Assembly (NCBI GenBank): GCA_027474245.1
Contig: CM049887.1
Location: forward strand, 20,687,762-20,751,761
From: Spheniscus humboldti
Taxonomy: Eukaryota
Direction of reading: 5' to 3'
DNA length: 64,000 nt
Positions 13,001 to 25,982 of the stretch are shown here, piece by piece (position 1 is the first letter of the stretch; every line of letters begins with the position of its first letter). The notes under the pieces are model-generated. The model had not been told where the DNA came from and did not search any database. It saw only the letters and a list, made by a program, of their open reading frames with translations. Both the position numbers and the translations under genes were made by a program.

Positions 13001-16000
13001 TTTCCTGGAGAGGTTATAGCAATTCTGGACTACACAAGCATGTATGCAGTTGAAATATTTGCTTCCAAAAAGCACTGCTTAGCATTTGTCAGTATTGGGT
13101 TCACGTGTTATTCACATACTGCTATTCCTTAGGCTCTAATAAAGTATCCTGAAGGCTCCATGTACCTTCAGTATTTTTGAAGCTGTGTTTTAAAATTGCC
13201 TAAGCAATAAAGGATGAGCTTAAAGTTACATTACATGATAGGGTAAAAACAAATAACAAGCCCGCTCACCAGCATGTTCCTCTCAGCTATGTGTTTAGAC
13301 CCTAAAAACCTAGACTTTTTTTCCCCCTGTTGTACTAATTAAACAATAATTTATGCTCCAAAGATTTGGACTAGAAAGAATATTTCATGAAGAAGAAATT
13401 CAGATGGAATTTCATCTTCAACGAGCCTAACAGTGGCTGATCTACAACACGCATTTCGGAAAGATGTCAACATCTTTTATACATCTCCATACACACAAAT
13501 ATAATTGAAAGACCGCCAAACAGACTTCAGTGCCTACACAGAGCCTTCAGTCAGACTCCGCAGGATATCGCAGTCTATCTCTTTGATACTAATTTCTGCA
13601 TTAGGGCCCAAATCTGTGCCTTGCTACAGACATACTGAGTTTCAGAGGTTGAAAGCTGAAGTCAGATGAAGATTTTCTGCTTGTTTAACAAGTCTTTATT
13701 TCCAGGTATCCCTATTTATACTATGTGGTCAAGGTGCATCGTAGCCTTTTCAATAGTAAATTAAAATTGGGAATACATGCTCAGCCTTGCTACTGGCTGG
13801 ACCTGGAGAGATGGAGCTGCAACAGCCTCACCTCTGTCAGGCTCCCAGATTCGGCAACTGAGCACAACGGACAAGGCTAACTCACAGTCCAACCTCTGGC
13901 TTCTGTTTCCCTACATGCTAAAAAAAGACAGAATTTAAACAAAAAGTACTGTGCTATGCTCATAGTAAAAAGCTTGTAAGAGAAATTTTAAAGGATGAAA
14001 GCTTGATTCAAGCATTAAAGGTGTCTTATAAAAATCACAGCAACATTTTAAATGGTTTTATACCTATGAATTTTCATGTCATATTTTTACTATTAATATA
14101 CCTAAAGACACACTCAGCAAATTTGTTACACTGTGCTTCAGACAGAAAAAAGATTCTGTAGAGGAAAGAAAGTAGTGTGAGTTCGGCACCAAGGCCACAG
14201 AAGTACCTAGGACCGAACTGTCCACCATTACATTTACAGATAGTTTGTTGGTTTTAACCAACAGTGGATAAGAAAAAAGTATCTGGCATACTTTGCAACT
14301 AATTTCATTAGTGGAAAATTAGATAAATAATAGCTACTGAATATAAGCTCCCAATAACCACTACCATGCAAGGACATAAATATTATGAGCTAGGAACTGT
14401 GGGTGAGGAGTTGAGATTAAGTACAACATTTTCTTCAGGTATCAGTGCCTCTCTGTTAGACCACCAGAATGTTTTGAGATTACTTGTCTAACTCCTGTAA
14501 ACCTTAGAAACAGGATAATTCAGCTGTTAATGCTACACAATCACTGATGAAATCATACTTCCTATACACCTGCACATCCCATACCTATGAACTTTTCTGA
14601 ATAGTTGTATTTGGCCCTGTCTGCAGTAACACAACGGGGTCTCCTTCCTCCTCTGAACACACATGCAGCCCCTCACATAACATTTAGGGGAAAACTATTT
14701 TTCTGCTTAGCATGTAATCACATGGCCATACTACAGAAAAAAATCCAATAGTGATTACATACCAAATAACCAAGATATACATTTGCAGAATCTATCATTC
14801 TAAATGACAAAAAAAAACAAAGGGAAAAAAAAAACAGAACTAAACCAAAACAAACCAAAACACTGGCCAGTTTTAGGGCATTCGGTCATTAAATTTTGAA
14901 AGCAGAAATTCTTGCTGGAAAAAGGCAAGATGATGAGAAAGGAGGATGCATTTGAAGAAATAACAACTGCTACATGTTCCTGGCTAGAAAGATGATCTAG
15001 ACAATATATATGTTTTCAACCTACATTTTACTATGATTTTAAATACAACTACATTGTTCACACCAAAACCAACAGTCTGTTCAATATTATCTTTCTCCTA
15101 CAGTGTACTTTCTACCACAGACAAAGCTAGTGAAATGGCTGAGATCACACTTGTCTAAGTAGAAGCCAGCAGGACGAGTGAGTCCACCCAGGGTTAATCC
15201 ACGCTGCCATCTCGTGGTTATCCACGTTAGAAACACTGATTTTTACATTGCCTGCATTTTAAATACTATCGTATAAAATTATGAAACATCAGTAATGTTC
15301 TCTGAGTAGCTAATGGAACAGACAGGAGGTGTTCCTTCTTCTCTGGAAAATTACTGTTGTCTTTTCAGAAATAATAAACCAAGTTGCCGGTTTTGTCTTC
15401 AGATTTTGAGAGTGGTATGAGCGCAAAACTGAAAGGGTGCAGTGTATGTTTATTTATTCTTTCATGTATAGGCTGACAGAACTACAAACAAATATAACAT
15501 ATGCATGATATATAACATAACATGTATGTATATCTTTTATAATTCTTTGGAAAGGCATAGAGAACAGAATCTGTAGCTATATTTTTATGAATTTTGGCAA
15601 ATTCATAAGCAGAAAATGGTAACATGAGCATTTGTTGCTATTGTTCAGTTATTTATTAAATGGAGCTAAAGTTGAAATAAAAGCAAGGATGAGCTGTCTT
15701 CTCACCAAAGAGCTAATTAGGCCTAATTAGGCTTCTCATCAAAGAGCTAGTTAGGCTACTTTTTAGACAACTTGGTACACTGCTGGTTTAAAATTACATT
15801 CAGACAATGTTGCCTGTGGAGCATGGGGTAGCTGAAGATGGGGCAATGATAATGTGCCATAGAACCAGTGTCTAACTTGAGTCTGTAAGTTTTCATGTCA
15901 AGGAGAAATAAGAATTTCAGTTCCCAGACGTCTTTTGGCAGTATTTTGTAGGACTCCATTGCAGGTTGTTTCTGAAAAACACACTACTGATAACGGGAAG

Positions 16001-16984
16001 TTCTATTATATGTGCGAGTTCAGCCTGGTTCATACCGATTTTTAGTCTCACAAACAGGGTTTCCTACAAACTTTCCATAAGCCAAACCACACCAGAAGGA
16101 ACCAGACTGGGCATGAGGCACAGCTGTAAAATTTGGCAACAGATCTCCACAAGGATTCTATACAAAGTCGAGTCTAATCAGGTCCTGGTTAACAACAAGG
16201 GCTTCTGAGGAAAATTATTTACAAGCTGAATCAGTTTGAAGATAACTTCTGGAAAGTTCTGCCCCTCACAACCAAATCATGCACATTCAAGTGTTGATAA
16301 ACGAAACCAATGCAAGCTTGCCTGATTTGGGTATTTTACCAAAAAGTAGGTGAGGACCTAGCTCCATAGAATTGGCTAATTTTTGAACTTTACCGCTCCT
16401 TTCTTCATGCTTTCTTCCCCATTACTCCTGAAATTCTTCTGCCCTTCCAGCAGACAGGACTGTAGTCTTCCCCTTTGGCTCTTTTCTCAACAGTTACTGT
16501 TTGCCTTGGCCACACCACTGAAGTACTCCCTATTGTTAAGAAAACCTAGAATAGAGTTTGTGTGACCTTTCGAACTCTGCCTTGTTATCTGAGTCAAAAT
16601 CCCAGCCTAACACTTAGTACATTTAAAACAAAAGGTTTGGGGTAGAACCTAGTTTTACTGTGTGAACAGTACAAAAATATGAATAATCTAGGTTTTGTTA
16701 GGAAACTTGCCTCTTGGAAAGCTGGCTCAGTTCATGATTTGGCAAGTGTCTGAAAGTTGCAGGGGAAAATCAGTGTATTTTTAATCTTAAAATTTAACTG
16801 CATTTTACTAGAGGTGATTTAAACACAAATCTGGAGAGTATCATGCTAAATTTATGACAGCCAAAACAGAAGCGGTAAAACACTGCAAAAACATCTCTTA
16901 GGTGTTCTGCAAATAATGAGAATGCATGTAGAATAAAGTAACCCCAAAGCATGGACTTAATGGCTTCTAGCCCAGGAAACACCC

Positions 16985-17420
16985 TGCCTTCCCAACAGGA
17001 CCTCTGGCCTCCCGGCAGGGGCGAGGAGGGGTCAGGCTAGGCAGCGCCTCGCCGATCGCTGCAGCCCAGCCGCGCCTCAGGGTGGCGAAAGCTGTCCGCG
17101 CGGGCCACAGCAACCACCGCCCTCCCCCTCCCGCCTCGCCGTGATTGGCTGCGATGGGAACAAGGGCCGACGAAGCGCCCGGTGATTGGGGGTTGGGGTG
17201 GCTGTTTTGGCGGGCGATGGGCGCCGTGAGGCTGTCGTTCTTCCCTCGTGACGAGGGGAGTTGTGTCCCGTCCCGTCCCGTCCCGTCCCCGGCGGTCTCG
17301 GTATGTCCCTGCTTCAGCCTCTTCACCGGCGGCCTCGTGGCACTTGCAGCGGCAGTGGTGCTCTGGGCGCCGGCTGGGGGGAAAGAGCACCTCTCCCATA
17401 GAGTAGCAAAAAAAATAAAA
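16985..17420 (+). promoter_or_regulatory. RNF17: CpG island / putative RNF17 core promoter
   Basis: A sharp rise in GC and CpG density sits in otherwise AT-rich DNA. Two inverted CCAAT boxes (ATTGG) lie at 17144-17148 and 17185-17189, and a (TCCCG/CCGTC)x5 repeat at 17266-17290. The island lies ~400-600 bp upstream of the first RNF17-like spliced exon. Confidence 0.6.
17150..17300 (+). other. RNF17: Candidate non-coding exon 1 (5'UTR) of RNF17, ending at the GTATGT donor at 17301
   Basis: A donor-like GGTCTCG|GTATGTCC lies inside the CpG island. If this exon were read in frame 0 into the next exon it would hit a TGA, so it is presumed non-coding. The 5' boundary (TSS) is unknown. Confidence 0.3.
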
Positions 17421-17789
17421 TAAAAAGCCAGATAGCAGGCCTTAAGGAAAGGAGTCGGGCTCAGTATACATGGTGCATCGCAAACAGGGCGTGAACTTAC
17501 AGTGTTGAGATACTGCAGAAAAGAGAAATAATCATACTGATACATAATAAGGAAGGAGGTCTGAAGACTAGTAGTGGTGTCTCCTGCAGTCTGGTACTGG
17601 TAAGGTTAGGGGTGGAGTAGCTGGATAGTGCAAAACAGGCTAGTGTTTTGCTGCATTTAAAGGATTTCGCTTTTTAAGGAAAAAATAGATGCATGTTTCC
17701 TATGAATTTTATGTCTTCATTTTACTCTGTGCCAAGTGATGTAAGTAACCTGCAGCGTTTGCTCAAGTGATGAAATGTGTATGTTGTAG

Positions 17790-17899
17790 AGAATTTGTCA
17801 CCTTTTAAAGTCAGACACCATCATGAGTAGAAAGAAAGAGTTCTCCTTGGTGGATGACAGTAATGAAGAGCTTAATAGAAGGAAAATGAAAGCTGTAAG
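17790..17899 (+). CDS. RNF17: Candidate exon 2 with putative start codon ATG at 17822 (MSRKKEFSLVDDSNEELNRRENESCK), donor GT at 17900
   Basis: Acceptor TGTTGTAG| at 17788-89 and donor AAG|GTATGT give 26 open codons after the ATG. The Kozak context is weak (C at -3), and the peptide does not resemble the mammalian RNF17 N-terminus, so this may instead be 5'UTR or a uORF. Confidence 0.35.
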
Positions 17900-19362
17900 G
17901 TATGTGAATGGTGAGATTACTCCAGTGACTTTATAATTTTTAAGTTCTGAAAATATAACTATCAGGCAATAGTATTGAGGAAATGTAGAAAATAATATTT
18001 GTATTCTGCAGTGTTGTAAGTGAGTCCATTCTTATGTATGTGTGTAAAACATGCAGTTTGTGGAAAGTTTTAGCATTTGGAGTAGGTTCAGGGAAAAAGA
18101 CATTTTAAATGCATCGTAGGATGTTGTCAAATACTGAGTTATTAGGCTACCAATATCTCGTATTGATCTGTGTGTATATTTTACAAGTAAATGAATGACT
18201 GTTGATCTAGTCAATATATTTTTAGTTAAATAACTATAGAATGAATGTGATGAAAATTGATTATATAACCATCTATTAATGCTGGTTCTAGTTACCTTAA
18301 ATGCTGGTTCTCCATACCTAAAAGCTCTAGTGCCACCTTTACAGATGATGAATTCAGTATCCTAGAGGTAAATTGCTTCTGTTCCAGTTAAAAGGGGGTA
18401 ACAAAATTTTTGTGTGTGTGGTGGTGTGTGTTTCATTACCTGCGCCACCTTCTGCATAAAGTCATTTGGTAAAAAGTGGGCAAGCTTAGTTCTGAGGGAG
18501 CTGGAAGTCAGAATTCATGGTTGGTTGATATCCCTAATGATCTTAAACCTTTACTTTTACTTCTGAAGGCAATGTCTTAAGATACTAGAAGAGGATTTTA
18601 TAGAACCAAATTGGAGAAACAGTGACTTGTGTCATATGTCAAAAGCTATGAGTATGAAAGGTAAGGCTTTGGATCTTGACTTTTATTTCCAGCAGTTTTG
18701 TGGTGTGCAGTATTCACTGTTAATTTATATTTTATATGGCCTGTTAAAGACAACAGATGGGCTGCCGGATTTGATTAACGCATTGTTTGTTTACTACATT
18801 TCTAGTACTCGGCAAGAATGACCAATACCTTTCTTTTCTCCTCCTGCTGTTTTTCTTGACGAAACTACTGGAAAGTTTGTTTTAAAAGAAACCTCACTTT
18901 TCTGGGATTTTCTGCTTGATTATCTTTTTTCCAAGAATTGTAAAATTGTGTTGAGTACATAGTATTTATGGATGCTTTATGAAACATTTTTTTTCCTGTC
19001 CAATAGGTACACATTTTGAATGTGTGTTTTCTTTTGGTTTTTTGCCTTCCCTTTCATGTATTTATCCTCTCCTGAATGTAGCAGCAACCTAATATAGCTA
19101 ATCATGCAGATAATACCCTAATCATTAAATGCAAGTAAGTTTTCCTAATTCCCAGATAACTTCTGTATCTATTTATCTGGACTTCTATTCCTAGTTTTCA
19201 AATTTTGTCACTACAGAAGTCAATGTCCAAATTCCTGTTGACCTGATGAATACTATGTAGAAAATTACTCCAGTGATCATGTATTCCTCTGTTTCATTAA
19301 GATGCCCACCAGTTAACAACATTTGCAGTTTCCTATGCAGTTTTCTATGCTTGTTTTTACAG

Positions 19363-19421
19363 CGTTGCATGATGATGTGAAGGATGAAGACACTGATTTT
19401 TTTTGTTTGTCTTCTACAGAA
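19363..19421 (+). CDS. Weak candidate micro-exon (LHDDVKDEDTDFFCLSSTE)
   Basis: Acceptor TTTTTACAG| and a strong GTAAGT donor; only one frame is open. The phase (2+57 nt) does not connect to the flanking candidates without an undiscovered exon on each side. Confidence 0.15.
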
Positions 19422-21939
19422 GTAAGTTGGTCTAAAGCTTTCTGTTCAGTAGTCATTGTGGTGATCTGAAATAGTGATATTACAGCATCTTTTGCATTTT
19501 CGTTGAAAGTGATTAAAGCAAGGTCAGATCCTCTCTGAGGTAAGGGCCTGCACTTTATAACCATCTGCTCCCCAGCAGGTCTTAGCTACATTGCGTAATG
19601 AGAAATGCTAGCAATGTAGTGCGCATCTGATGTCCAAAGTCTGGTTTTAGGACAGTTTAATTCACAGTTCTCATTAGTGCCCCATGTGGCCAACTCTGTT
19701 CCACCCTCTCATCTGCACATGATGTAAAGAAAGCAAGTGGTGCATATGCACCTTTTTTAAAAAAAAACAAAACTCTTTCCCTGTCAGCTCCCAAATAAAA
19801 GGACTGAAAAGATTTTTTTTTTAAAAAAAAACAGCTTCACTTTGCATGGTAGTGCATAACTTAAGAATATATTTCTGTTTCTGCGTTTAAAGAAAAAAAA
19901 ATTGCTCTGCTTGTGAATCTTTTCTGTGTTATGACATGCTAATGCGATTTGTTTCACAGAAATCTGTATTTTGGACAAACGTTAAGTGCTTTTTTTAATT
20001 TTTAATTTATGCAAAAGATAGGATGTGGCCATTCTGTTTTTTCTGTTGTGGAATTCAGATTTAGCTTTTATTGCAAAATACAAATAAGTCTTTGGAATTA
20101 AGCCCCGTCATTAAACTTTATTGAAAAAAATAACTTGTAATCAGGTTCACTAATGCAGTGTGTTAGAAGTTTTGCATAATAGTGGGAAAAATGGTAAGAG
20201 CAAACAGAAAATCAGTATTCCTTTTACTAGAAACACACTTCATTTACCACAAAGATACACTGATGGCTACAGAGCTTTGGCTTGGAAGCTGTTTTCTTAT
20301 ACTTCTTTGTTGCTCAATTGAACAGCACTTGCTTTGAAGCTTGGTCTCATTGAAATGAGGGTGAGGGGGTACTGAAGATGAAAACAGGCTTATAGAACAT
20401 TTTTTTCACTGGGACTTGGATTTAGCCCTGTATTTGAACTTGCTTTACTTCTTCCCTCTGAATTTAGACCAAAACTGATTTTAAACTTGGGCTGTGCAGT
20501 GGCAACTCACAAAGGCTAGCAAGGTAAGCCTTTATTAACTCAACTGTTTTTTATGTGTCTAAACACATCTAAATGCCAGACTGGGGGAGGACTTGACTGA
20601 GCAAGCATTTCCAGCCATTTTTGTTGGGCTGACTTTTTTTTTTTTTAAATATGTTCTTTAAACTTTACTAATGTGTTCTCAGTATGGGCGTCTAGTACTG
20701 TGAGAAAACAACTTGCTTGACACGAGTACAAATGACGCGTTATTGAAAAGCAACAAGAAACAGATTGTTTGGCTTGAAAATGTTTGGAACTGAAAGTTTT
20801 AAACACTGTGGTAACTCCCTGATAAGGGTTCAGAGGGAGAGTAGAGAACTCCTGAAATGCCAGGCTGTGGTAGGAAGGACTATATCATTGAAACGCCTCC
20901 TTCCCCCCATCGCCCTGCTGCTCCCATTGTACTTTCTGCTTAGATAACCAGTCACAGCTATAAAGATTAGATGCCAGCAACATTCTGTGGTATTGTCATA
21001 TCTAAATTACATTAACTTGCTTATTTGTCTAGCCTATGTGAACTTGAAGGAAGTCTTAAAGTGGATGTCTTTCCCCCCACTGCTCTTGCTATGGCATTAT
21101 ATGCTCATCACAAATGAGAACCGGGCCAGATAATTCTTACAGATGTGTTACGTAAGGAATCTGTTCTATACATACCTGTTCTGTAAGGGAGGTATAGGAA
21201 ATTTATCTTCTGAGATTGGTCCACGTAAAGTGCATCGCTAACACTGCCCAAGGTAAAATAGAAACTTAGGATTTCATGTATGGCTGTCAGTCTCTGCAGC
21301 AGTGTTCTCCAAGTCCTCTCACAGTCCCATCAGAAACAACAAACAGCACAGGAAGAACAACACAGTGCTGCCTTCCTGTAATTAGGCTAGTTTATGCAGA
21401 CTGCTTTTGTGAGAGTCTTGACTGCTATTTGGATCATGTGTACTTTGCAGAAGAGCAGGCATGGGTGACCATACGGCAGAATTTAAGAGTCTTCCTAACA
21501 GGTTGTCAGTAGATGGTTTTAGTATAATCTGTCATGTATCATGGATTTTAACAGCCTAATCAATATCTGATGGGATATCTAAAGGAAAATACTTGAGCAA
21601 CAAATGAAAAATGAATCCTGGAATGTTAATAGTCATGCATTTTACTCTCATTGAGGATAAAAATCACTACCACCTACTAAGGTTTTGTTCAGCCTTGCCA
21701 AAATTGTCAGATGAAAAATAGTTACTGAAGATTAATTTTAAGATGATGCTAGTAGAAAGGAAACTTTTTGAAAAATGAGGTATCTGTAGTATATCACAGT
21801 GTGAAGAAGTCTACTGTTTTAAAAATAGGTGTGTATGTATTTAATGACATTTTGAAAAACGGTGTCTGAAGTATTTGTGGGAAGTTTGATATTTTATTTA
21901 AAATGTGTAGGTTTTTTCCTTAGAAGTTTTGTTTTGCAG

Positions 21940-22039
21940 GCCCTTTAGTCACAGTACTGAAGAGAAAAATGCTCAGTACCCAGTTTCTTCAAATGGTGGG
22001 CTGAGGGATAAACCAGCTCTAGCTCCGTCAGCAGACATG
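21940..22039 (+). CDS. RNF17: RNF17 N-terminal region exon (..PFSHSTEEKNAQYPVSSNGGLRDKPALAPSADM)
   Basis: Acceptor TTTTGCAG| at 21938-39 (an alternative is TTAG| at 21922-23, in the same frame) and donor ATG|GTGTGT. The translation resembles mouse ..NQGHYPVDGFIEEDSSLEALPPK. It starts in phase 2 and ends in phase 0. Confidence 0.45.
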
Positions 22040-24255
22040 GTGTGTTAATATGGAATTTCCTTATATTCTCACTCGTTATTTTTGTATATGCATAGTTAAT
22101 ATTGCGCTTCTTAAAACACAAAAACTTGCAGCCTTAATAGTTATGTGCTGTTGTGCCATCTTATCATAGAATTGATGTGCAGCTACAGTGTTAATAAAAT
22201 AACTTGACAAAATGAATGCTGCTCGAACCCAACCAAATCATAGGTGAGGAGGGCTATTGTATTCAGCTGGCTGTGAAACTGTGTATTTTGAATTCAGCTT
22301 TTTAAAAAACACCTGAGGCTTCACAATGTTTGGGTTTGGGGCTTTTCTATTTCTTTCTAAAGTTGAGAGAACTGCAAGGCTCGTGCAACACATCTTTAAA
22401 GTAGTCATTCAGGGCAACAAGGTTGTTAGACAAATGGATTTCTCTTGAAACACTCCATTAAGTTTTCTAGTCTTATCTTTCTGAATGAGGTTTGTGAAGT
22501 CTTAGATCAGGTGAACTAATGTGGATATTTTAAAATGACAGAATAAAATGGAAATGAATGATACATCCTGTGCCAGTCCTGTTTCCTTCTATGGAGATTG
22601 TCCTGTACAGTTACTTTGAAAGAATCGTAACTTGCAAACGTCTGTCTTGGTTTCTTAGGTAGTTTTGTTGTAGTGGCCGTTAAAGTTCGAAAATGTTTAT
22701 TGTTTTTTTTAACTTTTTTTTGAAAAGCCTATTTGAAATAAAGCCATGTCATGTTATCTTAAACTTCAGTATATTACTGTTGACAAAATATTAAAGGAAA
22801 CAGCCTGAGGTTATCTTCAAAGTGTCTTGAGTTTGAGGTCATAAGTAATATTTTGATGGCAGTCACCTGTTGAGAGAATATTTTCTTTTTTTGGAGAAAG
22901 TTGTTGAGAACGACCTCCTGTGAAAACCCACATTTATTGAGATCCTAGTCCAACTGCTACTTCTGTTTCTTAAGTTTTTTTCAGTCTTTTGTTTTGTGGC
23001 TGGTGATTACTAGATCTTTGGCAATATCGTTTCTTAAATCATTGAATGAGTATATCCATGTCTTTTGAGTTTTGGAAGGATTTTTATTACTGCATCATTG
23101 ATCATAATGAGAACCACGAAGTACAGAGGGAGCAATGTAATTCCATGACATTTTTACCTATTATGTCTCCTTGCATCTGCTCAAAACAGAGTGGGAATAG
23201 TTGTCATAGGGAAGTATTCCTAACACAGTTAACATCCAAGTCATAATAGGAGGAGGGTTTTCTTTCCTTTTTCTGCTCCTAGGAAGGAGACATAATCAGT
23301 CTGAGATGTTCAGATACATGAATTGGAAAGTTCTAGAGATGAAGGTGACAACAAACATCTTTAATAAACTCCATAATGATGTGTGTGACTAACAGGTCTC
23401 TGGCAGCACTTCCTTTCACTTACACCAGTGTCTGGTCAGAGGCAGAACTATTTCAGGTTTTTGTAAGCTTTAATTTCTCTCTAGTTTGTGTTTGTTCTCC
23501 TTAACGCTAGTGAGGAAACCTTTAGAAATTGGAGATGTTTGCATGTTAGTTAAGTTGCCTTTTGGCAAGGTGAACTGGTTGCCTCATAGTGACAGACTTA
23601 GACAGCACCATCCCTGACTTTTCAGGGCATCCCCAGCTTATGATGTTCTCATTTTGTTTTTATCAAAATACCAGCACTCTAACCAGTACTTCTAACTCTA
23701 GCTTTAGTAGTGCCAGTGAGAAAATAAGACATTTCTGTATGTACATTTGCCTCTGTGTCAATTCATATGCAAGTATTTTTTTGGCTTTTCTTGCATCAAC
23801 ATAACACTGGGAGCTTATTACATTTTTTCTTTTTTGTTGGTTTTCCCCAAATGATATTCGTAAATATTTTCCTTTTTTCTAGGCTGCAGTATTCCCATTC
23901 TTCAATCTAGCGTGTTTTCTTTCCTCTGTATTAGTAACTTTATTTTGATTTTCCTTCTTGTACTATCTTTTCCTTTTTTTTGTGTGTGTATGTGTCTGTG
24001 CAAATAAATTGCATGTATTTAACAAACAAAATTTAGAATCCATGTTTCAGAAATACTACAATGTAAATCTTCTCAGTGTAATTCAGGTGAGCTAAGTATT
24101 TTGGACCTGTTCGCAGCTATAGAGCTGCTCAGAGCCTTACACAGATCATCAGTCACCCACATCAAGTACCTCTGTCAAAATGGCAAATGAGTATAGCCCA
24201 TCTTGTCTTCCAGTCATACAAGCAACTTTATATTCATTGGCAAATCTTTCCCCAG

Positions 24256-24336
24256 GACAGCAAAACTATGGAAGATATTGATGAAGCTTTGTGCATAGCT
24301 ATTTGTAACCTCAGCCACTTACATGATGCAGACGAG
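24256..24336 (+). CDS. RNF17: RNF17 exon (DSKTMEDIDEALCIAICNLSHLHDADE)
   Basis: Acceptor CTTTCCCCAG| and donor GAG|GTGGGT, 27 codons, phase 0/0. It aligns to human [27 protein letters not shown]. An alternative in-frame upstream acceptor at 24212-13 would add SYKQLYIHWQIFPQ. Confidence 0.75.
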
Positions 24337-25394
24337 GTGGGTGAAAATAAGTTAAATAAATCATGAAATATTAAACCCTATCCTTGATTGAAGCTTTTTG
24401 TTATGAGTAGTCATGCATTAACATGCTATTTAAACATGCTTTTACTCCCTTCATTTTGACATCTCTTCTGTCCTTCAACTGTTTGTGCTATTTCTGTGAA
24501 TCTACAGCTTTAAACTCCAGGCTATAGTCTGGAGTTTACAGAATATAGGAGTAGTCTGTAAAGGAGTACATGAGCCTGTGCATAATTTAAAGTTACCAGG
24601 TCAATCCATGTATTTAGCAGAACCATATATAAGCCAGTCTTTAAGTACTAAGCTTGTGGTTCCTTGGATCAGGGTAAAATTAGCATTTGTTTTTGCTCTA
24701 GCAACTATGCTAACTTCCTAGTTTTCAGATGCCTCTTTCTGGATTTAAAGGTGGAAAAGAAATTATATGGGCAACCGAAGTAATAATTTTAACAGAAACA
24801 ATATGCAAAACGTGTAAAATAAATAATTTTTTATGCACAGTATAAAATACAGGAAGAATCCTAAAATACTGGATAATGCTGTCAATAGGTTTTACTGAGT
24901 AACCTATGAACTTCGTCAATGATAATTATTTTATTTAAACTTTAACTCTTATAAAATGTGCTGTGGAAAAGCTTGCAGTTCTGTCTTTGACATTTGTTTA
25001 CATTTTACATGTATTCTAAGATACCCAGGCATAGAAGTGTTTAATGATCAAAAAGCTTACAGCAAATTCATTCTAGTAAATGCAGCATGAAGTGTCCTTA
25101 AAACCTGTTTCCATTCCCTTTCTAACTTGTTTTGTTGCAGTGGCCGATCTGTCAGTTAAGCAAAGTTACGTTAAATACCTAATTCATGTACTAATAGCAT
25201 CTTGTAAAAACCTACCATTTCAGCAGCTCTAATACAATAACTCTACTCGTGCATACAACTGTGGTCTTCCAACAGCTTTTCGACAAAGATTGAGAATTGC
25301 CACAGCAGTGTTGCATTACTGAGATTTTTTTTCCATAGTCTCTTCATTAAATGTAACTATACCGACAAAACTGTTGCTTAGCCAGAGGAAGAAT

Positions 25395-25418
25395 CCCCCC
25401 CCACCCACCCCCCCCGCC
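25395..25418. repeat. C-rich homopolymer tract (C8AC3AC8GCC)
   Basis: CCCCCCCCACCCACCCCCCCCGCC. Confidence 0.9.
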
Positions 25419-25881
25419 TTTTTGCTCACAATGAGTTTAAAAAAGACAGGAGAAATCTTAGTGTGCTAGTTATCTGTGTACAGATAACAGTGCTATATTA
25501 GAATGTCAAGTAAGGAAAGTGAGGCAGTCAGCCCAAGATCTATGTGTTTCTTGCCTCATAGAGCTAAAGGCTTCAGTTGGCATGAGGATCCAGACAGTGT
25601 GGGCTGACTAGAAGTTAGAGAAAACAAAGGGATTAATGACTACATAACATAATAGAGGAAAAATTATAGCTCATCTTCTGATTTGCCTTTTTTTTTTGGT
25701 TTTTTTTTAACCAACCATGGTGTGGTTTAGTGTCACTCTTTCTGCTGAAGTATTGATCGCTGTCTTACTGTTCATTGCTTCTGTTCTGAATTTAAAAAAA
25801 AAAGTAATGTGAAAATAATGAAATAATGATAATGAATAATGAAATACTAAATTCATGTTTATTCAATACTGAATGAAATAG

Positions 25882-25982
25882 ATGCTGAAATACTTGGACT
25901 TGAAAGTGAAGCAGGAAGGAGACAAAGTTGCAGAAACTGTAGACAGAACGTTTGATGAACTTATTACTTCTCTCCTGTCAAG
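25882..25982 (+). CDS. RNF17: RNF17 exon (MLKYLDLKVKQEGDKVAETVDRTFDELITSLLSR)
   Basis: Acceptor AAATAG| and donor TCAAG|GTAGTA. It aligns to human [35 protein letters not shown]. It ends with 2 nt, and the next exon supplies 1. Confidence 0.8.

Noticed and set aside
17037-17545. Long GC-rich ORFs on both strands (192 aa and 120 aa on the minus strand, 92 aa on the plus strand) in the CpG island
   Set aside because: These are typical stop-codon-poor GC-rich artefacts with Arg/Pro/Gly/Ala-rich low-complexity translations. Reading the plus ORF into the next exon hits a stop.
18411-18476. Cys-rich translation (CVCGGVCFITCATFCIKSF) near a good acceptor and donor
   Set aside because: It is produced by a (GT)n microsatellite, and the frame contains a TAA between the acceptor and the Cys-rich part.
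18627-18670. C-x2-C string TVTCVICQKL that could start a RING finger
   Set aside because: It is terminated by TGA two codons later with no usable GT donor before the stop. The open frame in this candidate exon is a different one (..LCHMSKAMSMK) and it is not phase-compatible.
23589-23804. Ser/Thr-rich ORF (..TSTLTSTSNSSFSSASEKI..) as a candidate for the missing exon encoding ..ERSASTDKTLLNSSAVML
   Set aside because: No combination of AG acceptor and GT donor gives a phase-0-in/phase-0-out exon in the open frame. The similarity is low-complexity only.
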